A stretch of DNA of 64,000 bases. Source: an uncultured Gemmatimonadales bacterium (GTDB lineage Bacteria; Gemmatimonadota; Gemmatimonadetes; Gemmatimonadales; GWC2-71-9). The notes under the pieces were generated by a model. It made no database searches. It worked only from the letters and a program-made list of their open reading frames with translations, and was not told where the DNA came from. The stretch covers positions 160,001 to 224,000 of the forward strand of contig CAWCVB010000006.1 of the NCBI GenBank assembly GCA_963798915.1. Reading direction: 5' to 3'. The translations under genes and the position numbers were made by a program. This document shows, one piece after another, positions 51,521 through 60,147 of this stretch (positions are counted from its first letter, which is position 1; each line of letters opens with the position of its first letter).

Positions 51521-52804
51521 CTACGAGAGTCGGTACACCACCTGGCCGCCGACGATCGTGGCCACCGCCCGGCCCCGAACCGGCCGGCCGTCAAACGGCG
51601 TGTTGCGACTCCTGGACTTGAATGTGGCGGCATCAATGGTCCAGGCCACCTGCGGATCCAGCACGACGACGTCGGCTGGCGCGCCTTTCGCCAAGGAGCC
51701 GCCAGGCAGATGGAAGATCCTGGCCGGGAACGTGCTCATCCGTTCGACCAGCTGCGTCAGGCTCAGCACTCCCCCACCGACCAGCTCACCGCAGGCGAGC
51801 GGGAACGCCGTCTCAAGTCCAATGATGCCATTCGGCGCCTGATCAAACTCCCGCTCCTTGGCGTCGTAGTGATGCGGAGCATGATCGGTCGCAATGACGT
51901 CGATGGTGCCATCCTTCAGCGCGTCGCGGATGGCATCACGGTCTTCAGCCTCGCGCAGCGGCGGATTCATCTTGGCATTGGTGTTGTAATGCTCGCATGC
52001 CTCGTGCGTAAGGGTGAAGTGGTGCGGACATGCCTCAGCCGTCACGTGCAGTCCCTTGTCCTTGGCGCGGCGGATCAGCTCGACCGAGCCGCGGGTGGAC
52101 ATGTGGCAGAGGTGCACATGTCCCCCGGTCAACTCGGCGAGGATGATGTCTCGTGCCACCACGATCTCTTCCGCCGCCGAGGGGATGCCCTGGAGCCCCA
52201 ACCGCGTCGAGACGATTCCCTCATGCATTGCCCCGCCGGCCGCGAGCGACATCTCCTCGCAGTGGTCCGCCACCGGAATGCCGAATACTCGGGCGTACTC
52301 CAGCGCAGTCCGCATCAGGTGGCTCGACTTGACCGGGTGCCCATCATCACTCACCGCCACCGCACCCGCACCGACCAGCTCACCGAACTCCGCCATCTGC
52401 TCGCCTCGCTGCCCCAGCGAGACCGCGCCGATGGGATACACGCGCGCCTTGCCCGCCCGTTGCGCCTGGCTGACAACAAATCCCACAACACCCTGGTTGT
52501 CGCAGACCGGATCAGTGTTGGGCATGGCGCAGACGGCGGTGAATCCGCCGGCCACCGCCGACGTCGCCCCGCTCGCGATGGTCTCGAGTTCTTCCTGGCC
52601 AGGCTCTCGCAGGTGGGTATGCAGGTCGATGAAGCCTGGCGCCACCACGTGCCCGCTTGCATCGATCACCTCGGCATCGTCCGGCGTGCCAAGGCCCCGG
52701 CCGATGGCTTCGACCCGACCGTTGGCCAGCAACAGGTCCGCGACATCATCGTGCCCGCTCGCCGGATCGAGCACCCGGCCGCCCCGGAGCAGGAGCGGCC
52801 TCAT
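51521..52804 (-). CDS. pyrC: Dihydroorotase
   Basis: [41 protein letters not shown]. Confidence 0.96.
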   Translation of the reverse strand: MRPLLLRGGRVLDPASGHDDVADLLLANGRVEAIGRGLGTPDDAEVIDASGHVVAPGFIDLHTHLREPGQEELETIASGATSAVAGGFTAVCAMPNTDPVCDNQGVVGFVVSQAQRAGKARVYPIGAVSLGQRGEQMAEFGELVGAGAVAVSDDGHPVKSSHLMRTALEYARVFGIPVADHCEEMSLAAGGAMHEGIVSTRLGLQGIPSAAEEIVVARDIILAELTGGHVHLCHMSTRGSVELIRRAKDKGLHVTAEACPHHFTLTHEACEHYNTNAKMNPPLREAEDRDAIRDALKDGTIDVIATDHAPHHYDAKEREFDQAPNGIIGLETAFPLACGELVGGGVLSLTQLVERMSTFPARIFHLPGGSLAKGAPADVVVLDPQVAWTIDAATFKSRSRNTPFDGRPVRGRAVATIVGGQVVYRLS

Positions 52805-53766
52805 CGCGCCTCGCCTTCCAGCGCCGCACGCCCGTCGGCCCGGCCACCTGCAAGCAGGTACAGCGCCGCCATCCGGACTGCCACGCCATTGGTCACCTGC
52901 GGGAGAATCACGCTGTGCTCGCCGTCAGCCACATCCGAGTCAATCTCCACTCCCCGGTTCATGGGACCCGGATGCAGGATCAGCAGATCCTTCGGGGCGC
53001 GTCGCAGGCGTTCGTTGGTGACGCCAAACACCCGGTTGTATTCCCGCAGCGAGGGAATGAAGCCGGCGGTCATGCGCTCGAGCTGCAGCCTGAGGACATT
53101 GAGTGCATCGGCCCACTGGATCGCGTCTTCCACCCGCGGCAGCACTGTGACGCCCATCCTTTCGACATGCCGTGGCAGCAACGAGCCGGGCCCACAGACG
53201 GCGACCGATGCACCCAGTTTGGTGAGTCCCCAGATGTTGCTTCGCGCCACCCGGCTGTGCAGCACGTCGCCGATGATCGCTACCTTGATGCCGTCAAGCC
53301 GGCCTAGCCGGTCACGCAGCGTGAGCATGTCGAGCAGGGCCTGGGTTGGGTGCTCGTGCTTGCCATCACCGGCGTTGATCACGTTGGAATTGATTCGATC
53401 GCCGAGAAACCGGGCCGCGCCCGAAGAGCCATGGCGGATCACCACCATGTCGATCCGCATTGCTTCGAGATTGCGGGCCGTATCGACCAGCGTCTCGCCC
53501 TTGGCGACCGAGCTGCCCAACGCTGCGACGTTGACCGTGTCGGCCGACAGGCGCTTCTCGGCGAATTCGAAGGAAATGCGGGTCCGGGTGCTGGATTCGA
53601 AGAAGAGATTGACGATGGTCTTGCCGCGGAGCGCCGGCACCTTCTTGATCTGACGCTCGCTTACTTCCTTGAAGGGCTCGGCTGTGTCGAGAATCAGGCG
53701 AATCTGGTCGGCGCTCAACGGCTCCAGGCCGACCAGATCCTTACCGAGGACGGCGGCCGCGCTCAC
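52801..53766 (-). CDS. pyrB: Aspartate carbamoyltransferase catalytic subunit
   Basis: [46 protein letters not shown]. Confidence 0.97.
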   Translation of the reverse strand: MSAAAVLGKDLVGLEPLSADQIRLILDTAEPFKEVSERQIKKVPALRGKTIVNLFFESSTRTRISFEFAEKRLSADTVNVAALGSSVAKGETLVDTARNLEAMRIDMVVIRHGSSGAARFLGDRINSNVINAGDGKHEHPTQALLDMLTLRDRLGRLDGIKVAIIGDVLHSRVARSNIWGLTKLGASVAVCGPGSLLPRHVERMGVTVLPRVEDAIQWADALNVLRLQLERMTAGFIPSLREYNRVFGVTNERLRRAPKDLLILHPGPMNRGVEIDSDVADGEHSVILPQVTNGVAVRMAALYLLAGGRADGRAALEGEAR

Positions 53767-54302
53767 TCCCCGCCCCGGGCGAGCTCGACGACGTCCCTCC
53801 CGTCGAGCTCCGAGACCAGGACGTCCACCCGTTCATCGGCCGTCGGGCTGACAGTAACGCCGACAACGTCGGCCTGAATGGGCAGTTCCCGGCCGCCGCG
53901 ATCCACAAGCACGGCAAGCAGGATGCGCTTCGGCCGCCCGAAGTCGGTGCACTCGTCGAGGGCTGCCCGCACGGTCCGGCCGGTGTAGAGCACGTCATCG
54001 ACGATGATCACTGTCCGTGCATCCAGCTCCGGCAGGCTGGTCTCGCCCACCACCGGCTTGGGGCCGATGGTCTGCAGGTCGTCGCGGTAGAGGGTGATGT
54101 CGAGCTTGCCGCAGGGGATGTTGGTCCGCTCCACCTTGTCGATGAGGCGCTTGATCCGGTAGGCGAGTTCCACGCCCCGGCGCTGGATCCCGACCAGGAC
54201 CAGGCCGTCGGTTCCCCCGGAACGCTCGACCACTTCGGACGCCATGCGCGCGAGGGTGCGCGCGATAGCGCGCTCATCAAGGAGTTCGGTCCGGGTGGGC
54301 AC
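53763..54302 (-). CDS. pyrR: Bifunctional pyr regulator/uracil phosphoribosyltransferase
   Basis: [33 protein letters not shown] at 54302. Confidence 0.95.
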   Translation of the reverse strand: MPTRTELLDERAIARTLARMASEVVERSGGTDGLVLVGIQRRGVELAYRIKRLIDKVERTNIPCGKLDITLYRDDLQTIGPKPVVGETSLPELDARTVIIVDDVLYTGRTVRAALDECTDFGRPKRILLAVLVDRGGRELPIQADVVGVTVSPTADERVDVLVSELDGRDVVELARGGE

Positions 54303-54423
54303 GGCGAGGAATGTAGCACCGCCCGCCGACAGGGTACAGCGCTCGGCAGCCGAGAGTCGAACGCGACCGCTGCGTCGGGCGAATACCGCCCCTGACTCAA
54401 GGCCCACGACCCACGACCCATCA

Positions 54424-54511
54424 CGGACAGGGCGGGATTCGAACCCGCGAAACGGGGTTGCCGCTTACGCGCTTTCCAGGCGCGCCTCTTCAACCACTCG
54501 AGCACCTGTCC
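54424..54511 (-). tRNA. tRNA-Ser (GGA); CCA not encoded
   Basis: GGACAGG/CCTGTCC acceptor stem, anticodon arm CGCGC-CTGGAAA-GCGCG, long variable arm, GGTTCGAATCC, discriminator G. Confidence 0.95.
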
Positions 54512-54536
54512 CGGTGGCCCCTGACAGGGCGGCGGC

Positions 54537-54566
54537 AACATAGCGGGCGCAGGACAGAGACGTCAA
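54537..54566 (-). promoter_or_regulatory. sigma70-type promoter for tRNA-Ser(GGA)
   Basis: TTGACG-N18-TATGTT followed by a GC-rich discriminator. Confidence 0.55.
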
Positions 54567-54901
54567 CCGGCTGCCGCGCTTCGGCGGGCAGCCGCCACAC
54601 GTCCTGCCCGCTCCAGCACCGCACTGGACGAGCCATCGGCCTCGGCGCTCGCCAGGAGCCCCGCCAAACCGTAGCCAAGACCCTTCATCGGATTGCGCCA
54701 GAGAATGGAGCCCGTCACCGGCGCGAGGGCAAAGATCTCTCCGCGCGCGCTCGCGTAGAGCATGGCGCCATCCGTCACGACATGGACAAATTCACTTCCC
54801 TTGAGCCGGGTCCGCCAGCGCTCATGTCCAGTAGCCTTGTCGAGCCCGACGACGTGCCCCCGGATTCCAGCGAACAACATGTCCTTTGGCAGACCAGCCA
54901 T
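54563..54901 (-). CDS. Small PQQ-like beta-propeller repeat protein
   Basis: Two repeats, GLDKATGHERW and ALAPVTGSILW (AxDxxTGxxxW). Confidence 0.75.
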   Translation of the reverse strand: MAGLPKDMLFAGIRGHVVGLDKATGHERWRTRLKGSEFVHVVTDGAMLYASARGEIFALAPVTGSILWRNPMKGLGYGLAGLLASAEADGSSSAVLERAGRVAAARRSAAAG

Positions 54902-55143
54902 CAGAGCTCCTCAGGTCCGGTGTTGCGGGCGGTACGATCCGCGCGCCAGATGGCGACGCCAAGCCCGGTCAGGCCGACGGCGAGAAACATGAGACCTGGC
55001 GCCGGCCGGGGAAACCCATCGTCCGGCGGCGGGCAGGTGCCCGTCTCGAGACAGTAGCTCCGCTGGCCAATGTCATCCATGCCGCGCGGTGCGTTGGGGA
55101 CGACTGCCTGCAAGAGTACGGCTGAAAGCATCACGCTGATCAT
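54901..55143 (-). CDS. Small secreted/membrane peptide with PEP-CTERM-like tail
   Basis: Hydrophobic N-terminus, CLETGTC, PAP + TM helix + Arg; TGATG coupling to the next gene. Confidence 0.5.
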   Translation of the reverse strand: MISVMLSAVLLQAVVPNAPRGMDDIGQRSYCLETGTCPPPDDGFPRPAPGLMFLAVGLTGLGVAIWRADRTARNTGPEEL

Positions 55144-55204
55144 GAGGAACAATTACTTGATTCTTCACGATATTGCGAGCGGCTTCCGATCATCGTTCCG
55201 GCCG

Positions 55205-56533
55205 ATGACACCTCCAGTAACCTCGGTCGGGGCCCGGCGCGCGCTGCCGCAGCAGGGCGCCGCGCCCTCGCCGCCGCCATTCTCGTTGCTTGTTGCTCAC
55301 TTCGGACTGCTGGTTTCCAGCCTGCTCCTCGGAAGCCTGGGCCTGGTGCGCGTGGCCCCACTGCTTGCGACAGGAAACTTCCTGGCGCCTCGCGTCCTCG
55401 CTGTCGTGCACCTGTTCACACTCGGGGTGATACTGACCGCGATCGCGGGGGTGCTCCAGCAATTCTATCCGATGGCGCTCGGCTGGGGCCTCCGCAGTGT
55501 CCGAGTAGCGTTCCTCGGTGTCGGTCTGCTGATGCTCGGTGTCACGTCAGTTGCATCAGGGTTCTGGTTCTGGCATCCGGTGCTGCTCGGCACGGGCTGG
55601 ATCCTCCTGGTTGGTGCGGTGGGGTGCGTGTCCTGGAACCTGCTGCCCGCCCGGCGACGCTCACCACAGGCTCGATTTGTCGGTGGCCTCGTCAGCGCCG
55701 GTCACGTGGCGCTGGGTTTTGCCATGCTGTTCGCGGCCATTCGCATCGGAGACCTGCTTGGCTGGTGGACCGCAGACCGTCTCGGTACCATCGCGGCGCA
55801 CTACCACCTGGCCGGGCTGGGGTTTGGCACGCTCACCGCGCTCGGCATCGGCTCCCGCATGCTCCCGATGTTTCTGGTAGCTGAGGGAGCACCCGCCAGG
55901 CCCGTCCCATGGATTGCCGCCTTCGCGGCCATTGGACTGGCCTGCTTCTCGATCGGTGCCCCACTGCGGGTGAGATGGCTGGTGTGGCTGGGCGCCTCCT
56001 TCATGTTCGCCGCGGTGCTGACCCATGTCGCCGTCGCGCAGCGATACTTCCGCCGGCGCCTGCGCCGGCAGCTCGATCCGGCCATGCAGTTTGTCAGAAT
56101 GGCGTTCATCAATCTTCTGGCAGCGGCGCTAGCCGGCGCCGTGCTCCTGTTGGCGCCGCGCTTCCACTCGTCGCTGTGGATCGTCTATGGTCTGCTCGGC
56201 CTTCTGGGCTGGCTGGTGACCTTGATCATGGGGATCCTGCAGAAACTGGTGCCGCACCTGACCCGGATGCGGCTCTTTGTGCGGACCGGCCAGCCCATTC
56301 CGGCCGCCGACACCCTGATGGATCCCATGCTGGGGCGGATCTCGCTGATTGGCATGGAGAGCGGCCTGATCGCACTGGTGAGCGGGGTCGTCATGGTCAG
56401 CGCGAGCGTGACCACGCTTGGTGCACTGCTCTGGCTCGCCGGGATCCTCCTCGTCGTTGCGCAGTTTGTTCGCATTCCACTCATGGCCCGGGGCTGGTGC
56501 CCGCTGCCGAGTGAGGATGGAAGTGAGAAGTAG
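55205..56533 (+). CDS. Polytopic membrane protein (about 12 TM) with TM His motifs, heme-copper oxidase subunit I/NnrS-like
   Basis: HLFTLG, HYHLAGLG, G..RMLPMF, KLVP repeats; start approximate. Confidence 0.6.
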   Translation: MTPPVTSVGARRALPQQGAAPSPPPFSLLVAHFGLLVSSLLLGSLGLVRVAPLLATGNFLAPRVLAVVHLFTLGVILTAIAGVLQQFYPMALGWGLRSVRVAFLGVGLLMLGVTSVASGFWFWHPVLLGTGWILLVGAVGCVSWNLLPARRRSPQARFVGGLVSAGHVALGFAMLFAAIRIGDLLGWWTADRLGTIAAHYHLAGLGFGTLTALGIGSRMLPMFLVAEGAPARPVPWIAAFAAIGLACFSIGAPLRVRWLVWLGASFMFAAVLTHVAVAQRYFRRRLRRQLDPAMQFVRMAFINLLAAALAGAVLLLAPRFHSSLWIVYGLLGLLGWLVTLIMGILQKLVPHLTRMRLFVRTGQPIPAADTLMDPMLGRISLIGMESGLIALVSGVVMVSASVTTLGALLWLAGILLVVAQFVRIPLMARGWCPLPSEDGSEK

Positions 56534-56575
56534 GAAGGGAGAAGTGGGAAGTAGGAAGTGGGAAGTGAGAAGTCG
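56520..56575. repeat. 7-bp tandem repeat GAAGTRR (8 units)
   Basis: GAAGTGA GAAGTAG GAAGGGA GAAGTGG GAAGTAG GAAGTGG GAAGTGA GAAGTCG. Confidence 0.9.
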
Positions 56576-56631
56576 AAAATTGGACGTCATGATGCTGGAA
56601 GTCGAATGCCACCACTTTGGAGGGCTGACGC

Positions 56632-56850
56632 ATGCACCGAGATGTTACCGCCGAGATTGGGCCGACCCTCACCCTCCGCGAGCTGGTAGCGGTCCGGCCC
56701 GAAACCCGCGCTGTCCTGACCGAGCACGGGATGGATGCCTGCTGCGGAGGTGACCTGACGATCGAGCAGGCCGCCAAGGTGCACGGCGTGGAGTTGGGAG
56801 CGTTGCTCGAGAAGTTGAAGGCGGCGCCGCGCCAAGCGCACTGCGGCTAG
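56632..56850 (+). CDS. DUF542 / ScdA_N (Ric/YtfE N-terminal-like) small protein
   Basis: GGAGG RBS; TLRELV..RPETRAVL..HGMDACCGG..TIEQAA. Confidence 0.8.
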   Translation: MHRDVTAEIGPTLTLRELVAVRPETRAVLTEHGMDACCGGDLTIEQAAKVHGVELGALLEKLKAAPRQAHCG

Positions 56851-56870
56851 CGCACTGCCCATGGCGCGCA

Positions 56871-57230
56871 GCGGGCGGAGGCCGCCGGAGGGAGCATAGC
56901 GACCGCAGGTGAACCCTCGGCGTCCAAGCCGATCACGCACCAGACTGTTCCTGAAGGACAGCGGACAGGGAGGGATTCGAGCCGGAGCCCGCGCGGCGGG
57001 CGGAGGCCACCGGAGGGAGCATAGCGACCGCAGGTGAACCCTCGGCGTCCAAGCCGATCACGCACCAGACTGTTCCTGAAGGACAGCGGACAGGGAGGGA
57101 TTCGAGCCGGAGCCCGCGCGGCGGGCGGAGGCCACCGGAGGGAGCATAGCGACCGCAGGTGAACCCTCGGCGTCCAAGCCGATCACGCACCAGACTGTTC
57201 CTGAAGGACAGCGGACAGGGAGGGATTCGA
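56871..57230 (-). repeat. tRNA-linked tandem repeat, 125-bp period, about 2.9 copies
   Basis: Units start at 56871, 56996 and 57121 with one substitution; each carries the last 19 nt of tRNA-Ser(CGA). Confidence 0.95.
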
Positions 57231-57298
57231 ACCCTCGATACCCTTGCGGGTATGGCGGTTTTCGAGACCGCTACCTTCAGCCACTCGGTCACCTGTCC
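57212..57298 (-). tRNA. tRNA-Ser (CGA); CCA not encoded
   Basis: GGACAGG/CCTGTCC acceptor stem, GCGGT-CTCGAAA-ACCGC anticodon arm, variable arm TACCC-GCAA-GGGTA, GGTTCGAATCC; upstream TACAAT -10 at 57327-57332. Confidence 0.95.
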
Positions 57299-57485
57299 AG
57301 CGCCGGCCCCAGGGCCAGCGGCGCGAATTGTATACCGGCGACGACAGGTTTTCCAGCGCTGCCTCCGCCCTCCACCCTTGGCGTCACCTGAAGCGAAGTT
57401 CACCCATCGCTCACGTGAGTTTCAGCCGTCCGAGGCTATGTAAGAGGGGCCGATACCGTCGCAACCCGCCTCAGAGGAGGTCCCC

Positions 57486-57887
57486 ATGCCGGTCTCCGCG
57501 CTGATGAAGTCACCCGCATTCACCATCGAGCAGGACGCCACCATCGCCGAAGCCATCATCACGCTGGCCGACGAACATATCTCGGCTCTGCCCGTCGTCG
57601 ACCACGCGGGCAAGCTCGTGGGAATGCTATCCACGACTGATATCCTGCAGGCAGCGTCAGAATTGAACGAGGGCGAGGGCCGGGACATGCTCTTCGACCG
57701 CACCACGGCCGGCGACCTGATGACACGGCACGTGGTCACCGTCGGCATCGACGCCTCCTTGCATGAGGCCGCGCGCCTGATGCTCTATGGCGCCGTGCAC
57801 CGCCTGGTCGTGACGGACAACGATGCGCCGCTCGGGGTGATCTCCCAGACCGACCTGGTAGCTGCATTCGCTACCGGACGGGTGTGA
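57486..57887 (+). CDS. CBS domain protein
   Basis: GAGGAGG RBS; two CBS repeats (ISALPVVD..GKLVGMLS, HRLVV...GVISQTDL). Confidence 0.9.
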   Translation: MPVSALMKSPAFTIEQDATIAEAIITLADEHISALPVVDHAGKLVGMLSTTDILQAASELNEGEGRDMLFDRTTAGDLMTRHVVTVGIDASLHEAARLMLYGAVHRLVVTDNDAPLGVISQTDLVAAFATGRV

Positions 57888-58082
57888 TAGACCGAGCCCG
57901 CCTGGCATCCTGCCCTGAGGCCGAACGCCAGCCGCGGCGTTCCCGCTGGGAACGCCAACCGGGGTTTTCTCTGGCGCGCAGCAGGACCATCGTTCGAGCG
58001 TGACCGGCATGGGCGTCAGGGCGGCGCGGAGGTCTGCCATGCCTCGCCCTGCTCCCGGCGCCGGTGACGGGAGGATACGAAA

Positions 58083-58775
58083 GTGCAGATCTACAACGAT
58101 CGGAGAGAAGCAGGACGGGCACTCGCTGCTCGACTCCACGGAAGGTTTGCCGGCAAGGATCTCCTGGTCCTCGGTCTGCCGCGCGGCGGGGTGCCAGTCG
58201 CCTGGGAGGTCGCCCGGGCACTGGGCGCACCGCTGGATGTCTACCTCGTCCGCAAACTTGGCGTACCGGGACACGAAGAGCTCGCCATGGGCGCCATCGC
58301 GAGCGGCGGCGTCCGGATTCTGAATCACGATCTTATAGCGCAACTGGGCATCCCGGGGCCAATGATCGACCAGGTCACTGCGCGCGAACAGCGGGAACTG
58401 GCCCGTCGTGAGCGGCTCTTTCGGGGTGACCGGCCCGAGCCTCGCATTGCCGGACGCACTGTGGTGGTAGTCGACGACGGGCTGGCGACAGGCTCGACCA
58501 TGCTGGCTGCCGTGGAGGCGTTAAGGGCGGAGCATCCCTCGGAGATCGTGGTGGCCGTGCCGGTGGCTGCCAGCGACGCATGTTCCGCACTCACGCGCAT
58601 CGCGGATGACTGCGTGTGCGCAGCCACGCCAGTACCTTTTCATGGGGTTGGCGAGTGGTATCGCAACTTCGAGCAAACGCCCGATGATGAAGTGCGCGCC
58701 TTGCTGCGGCACGTCGCCGAGTCACCCGCGGCCGTGGGCGAGAAGCGGCGGGATGGGAGACAATCGTGGGAGTGA
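58083..58775 (+). CDS. Phosphoribosyltransferase-like protein
   Basis: DRREAGR, LGLPRGGVPVA, VRKLG.P..EELAMGA, VVDDGLATGST, WYRNFEQTPDDEV. Confidence 0.9.
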   Translation: MQIYNDRREAGRALAARLHGRFAGKDLLVLGLPRGGVPVAWEVARALGAPLDVYLVRKLGVPGHEELAMGAIASGGVRILNHDLIAQLGIPGPMIDQVTAREQRELARRERLFRGDRPEPRIAGRTVVVVDDGLATGSTMLAAVEALRAEHPSEIVVAVPVAASDACSALTRIADDCVCAATPVPFHGVGEWYRNFEQTPDDEVRALLRHVAESPAAVGEKRRDGRQSWE

Positions 58776-60112
58776 CCAGCGATCGCCAGCTCGTCCAGGC
58801 ACTTTGTGAGGCGGCACAAGAGTTTCGTGGCGAGCCCGCGGACTTTGATCCGATCATCGCGCGCGCCCGCGACGCCCAGTTCGTCCTTCTTGGCGAAGCC
58901 TCGCATGGCACCCACGAGTTCTATCATATCCGCGCGCAGCTCACCAAGCGTCTGATCACCGAAGCGGGCTTCACTTCAGTCGCCGTTGAAGCCGACTGGC
59001 CGGATGCCTACCGGGTTAACCGGTACGTCCAGGACGACTCAGCCGACGCGGACGCGGTCGAGGCGCTGGAGGACTTCCGGCGGTTTCCCCAGTGGATGTG
59101 GCGCAATGCCGACGTGCTCGACTTCGTGGGCTGGCTCAGGCAGCACAATGCCGCGCCATCCGACACAGAACGGGTCGGCTTCTACGGCCTCGACCTCTAC
59201 AGCCTGCATGGCTCGATCGGGAAAGTCCTGGAATATCTGGACCAGGTCGACCCGGACGGCGCCCGGCGCGCACGCGCCCGCTATTCGTGCTTCGATCATT
59301 TTGGCGCCGACCCGCAGGCATACGGATACGCCGCCAGCCTGGGCCTGACCCGTTCATGCGAGGACGCTGCGGTCGACCAGCTGGTCGAACTCCGGCGCGC
59401 CGCGGCCCTGCATGCCCGCCGTGACGGCCGGCAAGCGGCTGACGCGCAGTTCTTTGCCGAGCAGAACGCCCGGATCGTGACCAGCGCCGAGCAGTACTAC
59501 CGGGCCATGTTCGGCGGCCGGGTCGAATCCTGGAATCTCCGTGACCGACATATGGTGGACACGCTGGGCGCGCTCGTCACTCACCGGGAAGCGAGCCTCG
59601 GCCGGCCCGAGAAGGTGGTGGTGTGGGCCCACAATTCCCACCTCGGTGACGCGAGGGCCACCGAGCTCGGCGCGGCCGGTGAGTGGAACGTCGGCCAGCT
59701 GGTGCGGGAACAGCATGGGGCGAGCGCGCTGCTGGTCGGCTTCCTGACCCACACCGGCACGGTCACGGCTGCATCCAACTGGGACGCGCCTGCCGAGCGG
59801 AAGACTGTCCGGCCGTCACTGCCGGGCAGCTACGAGGCACTCTGCCACGAGACCGGGAAGGCGGGCTTCCTGCTCGACCTGCAGGCCCGCAACGAGGCTG
59901 TGATCGCGCTGGGTGCGGCGCGCCTGGAGCGCGCCATCGGGGTGATCTACCGGCCGGAGACCGAGCGAGCCAGCCACTATTTTCGCGCGGTCTTGCCCCG
60001 GCAGTTCGACGTGGTGCTGTACTACGACGAAACCCGTGCGGTCGAACCGCTCGAGCGAACCGGTGCCTGGGATGAAGCCGAGGCACCCGAGACGTACCCG
60101 ACCGCGCTGTAG
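58772..60112 (+). CDS. Erythromycin esterase family protein
   Basis: LGEASHGTHEF, AVEADWPDA, WMWRN, FYGLDLYS, SWNLRD, WAHNSH, LERAIGVIY. Confidence 0.9.
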   Translation: MTSDRQLVQALCEAAQEFRGEPADFDPIIARARDAQFVLLGEASHGTHEFYHIRAQLTKRLITEAGFTSVAVEADWPDAYRVNRYVQDDSADADAVEALEDFRRFPQWMWRNADVLDFVGWLRQHNAAPSDTERVGFYGLDLYSLHGSIGKVLEYLDQVDPDGARRARARYSCFDHFGADPQAYGYAASLGLTRSCEDAAVDQLVELRRAAALHARRDGRQAADAQFFAEQNARIVTSAEQYYRAMFGGRVESWNLRDRHMVDTLGALVTHREASLGRPEKVVVWAHNSHLGDARATELGAAGEWNVGQLVREQHGASALLVGFLTHTGTVTAASNWDAPAERKTVRPSLPGSYEALCHETGKAGFLLDLQARNEAVIALGAARLERAIGVIYRPETERASHYFRAVLPRQFDVVLYYDETRAVEPLERTGAWDEAEAPETYPTAL

Positions 60113-60147
60113 CTGCGAGTTATTGGACGGAAAGGAGTATGTAACCG

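Noticed and set aside
55158..55171. FNR/DNR-like box upstream of the membrane protein
   Set aside because: Only the TTGAT half-site matches; the second half CACGA does not fit ATCAA
56871..57230. Possible CRISPR array
   Set aside because: Units are identical over their whole length, with no unique spacers and no cas genes
56587..57403. Minus-strand ORFs across the repeat and tRNA
   Set aside because: They are translations of the repeat/tRNA sequence with no coding signal
57410..57419. Palindrome CTCACGTGAG as a parS site
   Set aside because: Only the 8-bp core matches; the flanks differ from TGTTTCACGTGAAACA
58772..60112. Calling the esterase a macrolide resistance gene (ereA/B)
   Set aside because: Motifs and PRTase coupling fit the broad uncharacterised family; there is no mobile context
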